The notes below the pieces were generated by a model that was not told the DNA's origin, did no database searches, and saw only the letters and a list, made by a program, of their open reading frames with translations. A program made the translations under genes and the position numbers. From a virus (Duplodnaviria; Caudoviricetes), in the IMG/VR virus record IMGVR_UViG_3300042562_000746, positions 62,251-126,250 of that record: a stretch of 64,000 nucleotides of DNA; one strand, given 5' to 3'. Positions 9,712 to 15,477 of this stretch are shown here, piece by piece (within the stretch, counting starts at the first letter, position 1; each line of letters opens with the position of its first letter).

Positions 9712-9943
9712 ATTATCGTTTAATCTAACGATAAAATCTGATATCGTTTCTTTCAACGATAAAAAAATAAGCAGGTGTGGAATCACCTACTTATATAGTG
9801 AATGAGAAACATATGAATCTCTTGCGGCTATATCACCAAAGCCCATAAGTTTTGTAACGGCTGTGCGGTTTGTGTCCGGGCTAACCCAAGTTTCCATTTC
9901 ATACTTAGCGTCTGTTCCGCCATTCTTACGAATCGTTACAATG

Positions 9944-10029
9944 TACCCCAGAACAGAATCGAACTGTCACTATCATTACTGATAACAAGATTTTAAGTCT
10001 TGCGCGTCTACCAATTTCGCCACCAGGGT
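9944..10029 (-). tRNA. tRNA-Leu(TAA)
   Basis: Cloverleaf with long variable arm; loop CT-TAA-AA. Confidence 0.95.
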
Positions 10030-10035
10030 ATTTCG

Positions 10036-10107
10036 TAGTCCGTCGTGGAATCGAACCACGAATATCTCATTAGAAGTGAGAAGTTATATCCATTTAACTA
10101 ACAGACC
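10036..10107 (-). tRNA. tRNA-Arg(TCT)
   Basis: Loop CT-TCT-AA, canonical T-arm. Confidence 0.95.
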
Positions 10108-10116
10108 TCTTTTATG

Positions 10117-10190
10117 CGGAATAGACGAGACTCGAACTCGCGACCTCCGCCGTGACAGGGCGGCGTTCTAACCAACTGAACTACCATTCC
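10117..10190 (-). tRNA. tRNA-Asp(GTC)
   Basis: Loop CT-GTC-AC, G discriminator. Confidence 0.95.
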
Positions 10191-10193
10191 AAT

Positions 10194-10293
10194 AAGATGA
10201 GAGATTAACTACGTCTAATTAATCAATGTATTTACTAGCTGCATCTCGAGTGAACCGGTATTACGGATGCTCACTTTCATCTACTCTCATCTT
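10194..10293 (-). ncRNA. putative structured ncRNA between tRNAs
   Basis: Perfect 10-bp closing stem AAGATGAGAG/CTCTCATCTT with internal hairpins. Confidence 0.5.
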
Positions 10294-10295
10294 TG

Positions 10296-10368
10296 AGCCC
10301 AGAGTCAGATTCGAACTGACGACCTACTCATTACAAATGAGTTGCTCTACCAACTGAGCTATCCAGGC
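10296..10368 (-). tRNA. tRNA-Thr(TGT)
   Basis: Loop TT-TGT-AA. Confidence 0.95.
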
Positions 10369-10376
10369 TTATATTG

Positions 10377-10448
10377 TACTCAGTACGGGATTCGAACCCG
10401 TATTACATCCGTGAAAGGGATGTGACCTAACCCTTAGTCGAACTGAGC
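10377..10448 (-). tRNA. tRNA-Glu(TTC)
   Basis: Loop CT-TTC-AC. Confidence 0.95.
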
Positions 10449-10452
10449 GTTA

Positions 10453-10560
10453 AAGGAAAGTAAAAGATGGGTGCGTGGACGATTACTTTTATGATTGGCT
10501 TTACTTTGGCTTTTAACCCCCTCACTCTACGATTTCTCATTTTGTTTCCCAATCAACCTT
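10453..10560 (-). ncRNA. putative structured ncRNA at the start of the second tRNA block
   Basis: Stems AAGG/CCTT, TGATTGG/CCAATCA, AAAGTAA/TTACTTT; begins just after a promoter. Confidence 0.45.
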
Positions 10561-10566
10561 ATATGT

Positions 10567-10598
10567 TAAATATACAATAATTTTCCCTATATACCAAA
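10567..10598 (-). promoter_or_regulatory. Bacteroidota-type sigma promoter for the second tRNA block
   Basis: TTTG-N20-TATATTTA. Confidence 0.65.
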
Positions 10599-10656
10599 AA
10601 ATTACCCTCAAAAAAATTTTCGGACTTTTGGTAAAAAGTGAAAAAAGTACATTTTG

Positions 10657-10731
10657 TACCGGTAATAGGATTCGAACCTATAATTGTATGGCTTCTAAGA
10701 CCACTGCGTATGCCAATTCCGCCATACCGGT
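10657..10731 (-). tRNA. tRNA-Leu(TAG), short variable loop
   Basis: Loop CT-TAG-AA; Leu-type D-arm but only a 6-nt variable region. Confidence 0.9.
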
Positions 10732-10738
10732 ATTTATG

Positions 10739-10823
10739 CGGAAAGTGTGAGATTCGAACTCACGGACCTTTAACAGTCGGCAGTTTAGTAAACTGCTGGT
10801 TTCAACCACTCACCCAACTTTCC
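10739..10823 (-). tRNA. tRNA-Ser(ACT)
   Basis: GCAGT-TT-ACT-AA-ACTGC, long variable arm, G discriminator. Confidence 0.9.
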
Positions 10824-10827
10824 TTTG

Positions 10828-10899
10828 GGTGTAAGGACGGTATCGAACCGTCTTATCTAGCTCCACAAACTAGCGCTTCACCTTAAAGCTTCAAACACC
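10828..10899 (-). tRNA. tRNA-His(GTG)
   Basis: Loop TT-GTG-GA, encoded G-1 opposite C73. Confidence 0.9.
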
Positions 10900-10904
10900 A
10901 TTTG

Positions 10905-10974
10905 AGGTTAGTGTTAGAATCGAACTAACTCCGTAAGATTTGCAGTCCCACCGGCCTCCACGACCTAACTAACC
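10905..10974 (-). tRNA. tRNA-Cys(GCA)
   Basis: Loop CT-GCA-AA, U discriminator, short D-loop. Confidence 0.85.
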
Positions 10975-10979
10975 ATTTG

Positions 10980-11052
10980 TAGTTTCAGTAGGATTCGAAC
11001 CTACACTCTAACATCCGTAGTGTTATGTGATAATCCATTTCACTATGAAACT
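10980..11052 (-). tRNA. tRNA-Arg(ACG)
   Basis: Loop CT-ACG-GA. Confidence 0.93.
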
Positions 11053-11057
11053 ATTTG

Positions 11058-11128
11058 CACGCAGTGAAGGAATTGAACCCTCTCCTTTGGTTTTGGAGAC
11101 CAATTGGCTGCCATAGCCTACCACGCGT
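11058..11128 (-). tRNA. tRNA-Trp(CCA)
   Basis: Loop CT-CCA-AA; imperfect acceptor stem. Confidence 0.8.
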
Positions 11129-11131
11129 TTG

Positions 11132-11204
11132 TAGGAATAACAAGATTCGAACTTGTGACATCTAACGTATCAGATTAGCACTCTACCAGCTGAGTTATAT
11201 TCCT
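11132..11204 (-). tRNA. tRNA-Ile(GAT)
   Basis: Loop CT-GAT-AC. Confidence 0.93.
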
Positions 11205-11209
11205 ATATG

Positions 11210-11283
11210 TTGGGAATGCAGGATTCGAACCTACGGCCTCTAGCTCCCAAAGCTAGCGCGATACCGGACTACGCTAATTCCCA
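11210..11283 (-). tRNA. tRNA-Pro(TGG)
   Basis: Loop TT-TGG-GA. Confidence 0.95.
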
Positions 11284-11288
11284 TTTTG

Positions 11289-11360
11289 TTATCGGACCTG
11301 GACTTGAACCAAAACTAATAGAATCAAAATCTATTGTGCTGCCAATTACACCATCCGACA
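11289..11360 (-). tRNA. tRNA-Gln(TTG)
   Basis: Loop TT-TTG-AT, U1-A72 pair. Confidence 0.92.
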
Positions 11361-11440
11361 ATTTCCAATTTTGTTATCACCATTTCCTGGTGTGCTAATA
11401 CACTAAACTTCCAGGCGTGTTCCGGATTGGTAACCGTTTG

Positions 11441-11513
11441 AGCAGATGAGAGGAATCGAACCTCCGTCTCCTACTTGGAAGGAAGGAGTAATGAACCATT
11501 ATACGACATCTGC
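11441..11513 (-). tRNA. tRNA-Gly(TCC)
   Basis: Loop CT-TCC-AA, U discriminator. Confidence 0.93.
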
Positions 11514-11531
11514 ATATCAAATAAACAATTG

Positions 11532-11603
11532 AGGGAAGGGAGAATTACGATATCTCGACCTGATGATTAACAGTCATCTGCTCTGCCGCTGAGCTACCAT
11601 CCC
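11532..11603 (-). tRNA. tRNA-Asn(GTT), atypical T-loop
   Basis: Loop CT-GTT-AA; T-loop ATCGTAA instead of TTCGAAT. Confidence 0.8.
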
Positions 11604-11640
11604 AAAAACAAAAAACCCCAACTAATTAAAGTCAGGGTTT
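11604..11640 (-). terminator. intrinsic terminator (attenuator) immediately upstream of the tRNA block
   Basis: AAACCCTGACT-TTAATT-AGTTGGGGTTT followed by TTTGTTTTT. Confidence 0.8.
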
Positions 11641-11672
11641 TCTAAAATTCTTAATATAAATCTAGCCTAACT

Positions 11673-11741
11673 TTACATATCTCTGCTACCCCAAATCTGA
11701 TTCGGTGTGCTACAAAGTGTATGTAATGTCAATGCTTTCAT
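11673..11741 (-). CDS. putative attenuator leader peptide (22 aa) MKALTLHTLCSTPNQIWGSRDM
   Basis: ATG 6 nt after a TATATTTA element; stop codon lies in the 5' arm of an antiterminator. Confidence 0.65.
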   Translation of the reverse strand: MKALTLHTLCSTPNQIWGSRDM

Positions 11742-11839
11742 TTGTTATAAATATAATCGAATTAAAAAAGTAATCAATCTTCAAAATACGCCACGTCAAG
11801 TCATGCTCCGGTTAATACTAGCCTCGATGAATTACTCTG

Positions 11840-11880
11840 CTATCATTATTGGAATCGAACCAACATTAACCATTATGATA
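11840..11880 (-). ncRNA. tRNA minihelix-like element (no anticodon arm)
   Basis: TATCAT/ATGATA acceptor-like stem plus GTTGG-TTCGATT-CCAAT T-arm, joined by about 9 nt containing TGG. Confidence 0.5.
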
Positions 11881-11887
11881 AAATAAA

Positions 11888-12760
11888 ATAGGGATGAGAA
11901 TACTCCATATTGTGAACCAGCTTTAGAAAGATTATTAGTTCCTTCCGTTTCCACTACCTTTTGAGTAGTACCAATTCAATGTGGATGATTTAAGACTATC
12001 AGTCTTTAAGTTGCCGATTACTCTCTACTTAATCATTTTCTTCAAGCCTCGCAGCCTAATTAATTCTTGCGGAATTAGAAACCTTTCGATAGAATCACAG
12101 ACTTCTTGCGGAAGTATCGTGGCTAAGAACAGCTCTTAACTATGTACACACCTTTCACCTGCAACTGGTAAACACTTAAGCTTAATTTTTAAATTGTAGT
12201 TTTTACACCGAAGTAAAAATTGAGTTTTAGTTTATAGAATTATTCAGGTAGTGGTTTACCACTAGCTCCCCCAACTTTTGGTCGAGAGAATACTAAACTA
12301 CCCGATGCAATATCCCTACTGCGTTATTTTGAGTCATCTTCATTGAGTAGTTTTGGTAAACTAGTTCAAAGGATAGTAACAGCACCACCTGTACACAGTC
12401 TTATCTTACGTCCTTTCGGATGGTTTGATGTTAAGACCACTCTGATAATGAATACCGCAATGATGTAGAGGGATTAAGTCTACATTTCTTACTGATATTC
12501 TATGGGTTATTCTTATTGGTGTTCCCACCTCAATTAGAGTATCTATAATACCCCAATTATTCTGACTGTTCCGATATAGTGTTACCCTTTCGTACAAAGC
12601 CTAAATAATATCCCACTTGCATACTTGAGTTAGTCTCTCCTTACGGGGAAAGTAACCGCAGATGTATCACTTAATACACCCACTTTATCCTTGTTTCCAA
12701 GTTTATTTACCGACCATATGCGGCCGTTATTCACTATGTAAGATAAACTTACTATGTGAA
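11888..12760 (-). ncRNA. large ornate ncRNA, GOLLD-like (boundaries approximate)
   Basis: ~870 nt with no credible ORF, higher GC than flanks, many GNRA-capped hairpins (GAAA, GCAA, GTAA), own promoter, located among tRNAs. Confidence 0.65.
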
Positions 12761-12809
12761 ATATTTTCAATAATGTAAAGAACTTTTTAGGTGTTACCCT
12801 ATTGTTTTA

Positions 12810-12841
12810 TAAATATACGATAATTTTTTCAAAGTACCAAA
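12810..12841 (-). promoter_or_regulatory. Bacteroidota-type sigma promoter for the large ncRNA
   Basis: TTTG-N20-TATATTTA. Confidence 0.65.
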
Positions 12842-12914
12842 TATTTGTAAACTTTTTTTCCTAAGATTGAATACCGAGTATCTTTCATCACCTATAAGTT
12901 CCAATCTTATAAAT

Positions 12915-12946
12915 TAAAGATACGATATGTTTTTCAATCTACCAAA
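12915..12946 (-). promoter_or_regulatory. Bacteroidota-type sigma promoter
   Basis: TTTG-N20-TATCTTTA. Confidence 0.7.
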
Positions 12947-13048
12947 TTTCTTTGGGTTTTTTATTTTGTTAGGATATCCGGCTTTCTTCGGTGTCGAACA
13001 CCTCACTCAATCGGTTTTATTAGTTGATGGCTTCAACCCTAACATTTG

Positions 13049-13121
13049 TTGCGATGGGAAGATTCGAACTTCCGACCTCTAGGTTATGAGCCTAGCGAGC
13101 TACCTCTGCTACTACATCGCG
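13049..13121 (-). tRNA. initiator tRNA-fMet(CAT)
   Basis: C1:A72 mismatch, loop CT-CAT-AA. Confidence 0.9.
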
Positions 13122-13125
13122 ATAT

Positions 13126-13499
13126 TGGTGGAGATGAAGGGAGTCGAACCCTTGTCTTACAAAGTAATCATAATACCAGCATGTCACACGTTTAGAATAA
13201 AGTTTTAATCTTACTAACTTTTCAAAAGAATTGAGGCTGTATGGTTAGTACAACGGTCCACCACTTTGTTTTGAAATAACAAAGAAAACGATTTCACATT
13301 CTATTTAATTGTCCCATGATGTGTACGGGAGTAATTATGCTGCTACAGCGTAATCGGCACCGATGAAATCCATTAAGGAATCAAAGGTCATAGTTGACAT
13401 TTCGTCAGTTATTGTTTTGTGCAGTTTTAAAGAGTTTCTAGCACTTACCTCTACGTGTGATACTACAATTCTCATTGCAATCAATTCCAAAGCATCCCC
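13126..13499 (-). ncRNA. ssrA: tmRNA
   Basis: GGGGATG.../CATCTCC-ACCA acceptor with G3:U70, T-arm GGGTTCGACTCCC, tag frame 13406-13335 DEMSTMTFDSLMDFIGADYAVAA*. Confidence 0.93.
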
Positions 13500-13519
13500 A
13501 TTATTTCAATGAACTTAAT

Positions 13520-13551
13520 TAAAGATACAACAATTATTTCAATCTACCAAA
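13520..13551 (-). promoter_or_regulatory. Bacteroidota-type sigma promoter for tmRNA
   Basis: TTTG-N20-TATCTTTA. Confidence 0.7.
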
Positions 13552-13601
13552 TATTTTAGGAAGTTTGTTATAACTTGCTGATAATCAATCAGTTATATAT
13601 A

Positions 13602-14726
13602 TTAATATCTTGTAAAACCAATCGTTACCCTTTCATCTTTGGTCTTATCTTGCTGATTATCAATGTTATAAATCTCCGCTAATGTTAATCCTTCTTTAGC
13701 TTCGGTTTGTTTATTCAACTTCTTTAACAAAGTTTTAGTATCTTCAAAAGATAACTTACCAAATTTGTGTTCAGCAATCAATCTACCTTTCCTTAATAAA
13801 GCACTATCAATTTTTTCTTTATCCATATTGAAAGTTGCTATTATATAGATATTTAGGATATCACCTAATATACCATCACTTAAATTCAATAGATTAGATA
13901 CACCAACTGAACTACCACTATTTTGTCTATCACCGATTACTTTCTCAGCATCTTCAATAATCAAAACACAATCTTTGTTCTCCATTAAGAAAGGAACAAA
14001 ATCTGGGTTTACAATACTTTCTGCCATAACAGGTGGTAAAAATAAAACCTTCTTACCTAATTCATGTGCTAAGTATTTTAGATAAGTTGTTTTGCCTGTC
14101 CCCGCTAGTCCATGCAATAGAACTAACTTTGCATTATTATCATTCTTACCTTGTATAGTATCAACAATATTATTATGCATATCACTAAAACCTGTTCCAT
14201 AATTCAAATCTAAATCAATTGTAGGTTTACCCAAATCAAATGCTTCGGTTTCAAATCCGTATGATGTAGATTTCAATAAATGAATCTTACCTTTCATATC
14301 CTTCTTAGCAAAATTGTTCAATTCAGGAAATATTTCAAACACCAATGCTAATTCACAAGTTGATTGAATCCATAATTTCAAAGGTGCTTGTTTTGCTTTT
14401 AAAATCGCTTCATCATCATCTACCTCGTCACCCGGATATGAATCGTTCCTATTTGAAAATCCAATTAATATTAAATCATCATTATTCACATATTCATATA
14501 CTGCAGTAATACTATAATCAGTTGGTTCATAGTATGTCCTTTTTTCATGTATACACGTTAATCCTTTCTCTTTCAGATATGGTATAACGCTATCATCAAA
14601 TATTACATTGTTTGAAAAGTATGCTACATTAATAGATTTACCTGTCTTTTCTGAAATGTATTTCTCCGAAGGAAACTCACTACCATGTGCCGGTGAATAT
14701 AATTTGTATTGCTCTTTATGTAACAT
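13602..14726 (-). CDS. AAA+ ATPase
   Basis: Walker A GLAGTGKT, Walker B LIIEDAE, ATFN, DSALLRKGR. Confidence 0.9.
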   Translation of the reverse strand: MLHKEQYKLYSPAHGSEFPSEKYISEKTGKSINVAYFSNNVIFDDSVIPYLKEKGLTCIHEKRTYYEPTDYSITAVYEYVNNDDLILIGFSNRNDSYPGDEVDDDEAILKAKQAPLKLWIQSTCELALVFEIFPELNNFAKKDMKGKIHLLKSTSYGFETEAFDLGKPTIDLDLNYGTGFSDMHNNIVDTIQGKNDNNAKLVLLHGLAGTGKTTYLKYLAHELGKKVLFLPPVMAESIVNPDFVPFLMENKDCVLIIEDAEKVIGDRQNSGSSVGVSNLLNLSDGILGDILNIYIIATFNMDKEKIDSALLRKGRLIAEHKFGKLSFEDTKTLLKKLNKQTEAKEGLTLAEIYNIDNQQDKTKDERVTIGFTRY

Positions 14727-14730
14727 TTAT

Positions 14731-15471
14731 TTAAATTTTATTTTTTAATAATTCTACTATTTCTTTATGTCCTTTTGGTGATGGATGTCCTCTTTCCTCA
14801 AACATACCATCATCCTTAAATCCTTTTAGATATTTTGTTAGGTTTATATCTTTAAAACTTTTTGGAATTTGTTTCCATAAATCTACTAACCCAAAGTAAT
14901 CATCCGTATCATCAAATTGTTTTGCTACTTTTTCAGTATTGATATCTTTATTTAGAACCATAATTTCATCCCCATCATACTCAAAGAATGCATTTACATA
15001 AAGATAAGGTATTTTATTTGCTTCACAAAATGATTTAAGAGAAATTATCTGATGAAATACCCTTAGTAATGAAGGAGTTAAGTGTGTTTGATGAATTACA
15101 TACTTACTATCTGTTAATCTTGTCTCATCAATTGTGCCCCATTTATCTTTATGTGTCCATAATCTTTCATTTATAAACACATCACCATCAAAATAATCAA
15201 ATCTAGTAGGTGCGGTGAATGAAATCAATACAAACATCTCATCTACTTTAACATATCCTAATTCTTCATTGTAAATTGGCTCACCATTAACAAACTTACA
15301 TAAATCTCGTAAAGTATTTCTATAAATTCTATCATTGGATATACCACTACTTGCTACATTAAAATCTACCAATCCTTTTTCTTTGGCTAACAATGTAGAG
15401 AAACGATTAGTTCTATCTTTTAGTTCTGAACCCCAACTAACTGAATCCCCATTTGTATATAATACTTTCAT
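14731..15471 (-). CDS. SGNH/GDSL-like hydrolase
   Basis: NGDSVSWG, SGISN, C-terminal GHPSPKGH. Confidence 0.65.
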   Translation of the reverse strand: MKVLYTNGDSVSWGSELKDRTNRFSTLLAKEKGLVDFNVASSGISNDRIYRNTLRDLCKFVNGEPIYNEELGYVKVDEMFVLISFTAPTRFDYFDGDVFINERLWTHKDKWGTIDETRLTDSKYVIHQTHLTPSLLRVFHQIISLKSFCEANKIPYLYVNAFFEYDGDEIMVLNKDINTEKVAKQFDDTDDYFGLVDLWKQIPKSFKDINLTKYLKGFKDDGMFEERGHPSPKGHKEIVELLKNKI

Positions 15472-15477
15472 TTGTAT

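Noticed and set aside
10194-10293. Hammerhead ribozyme
   Set aside because: GATGA and GAAA words are present but not in the CTGATGA...GAAA...NUH core arrangement
10638-11398. Plus-strand ORFs 10638-10886 and 11207-11398
   Set aside because: Antisense to clear tRNA genes
12406-12597. 63-aa minus-strand ORF
   Set aside because: Lies inside the hairpin-dense large ncRNA and has no protein features
11888-12760. Large RNA as RNase P RNA, rRNA or a self-splicing intron
   Set aside because: No GAGGAAAGTCC RNase P signature, no rRNA motifs recognised and no interrupted gene flanking it; a covariance search is needed to exclude these fully
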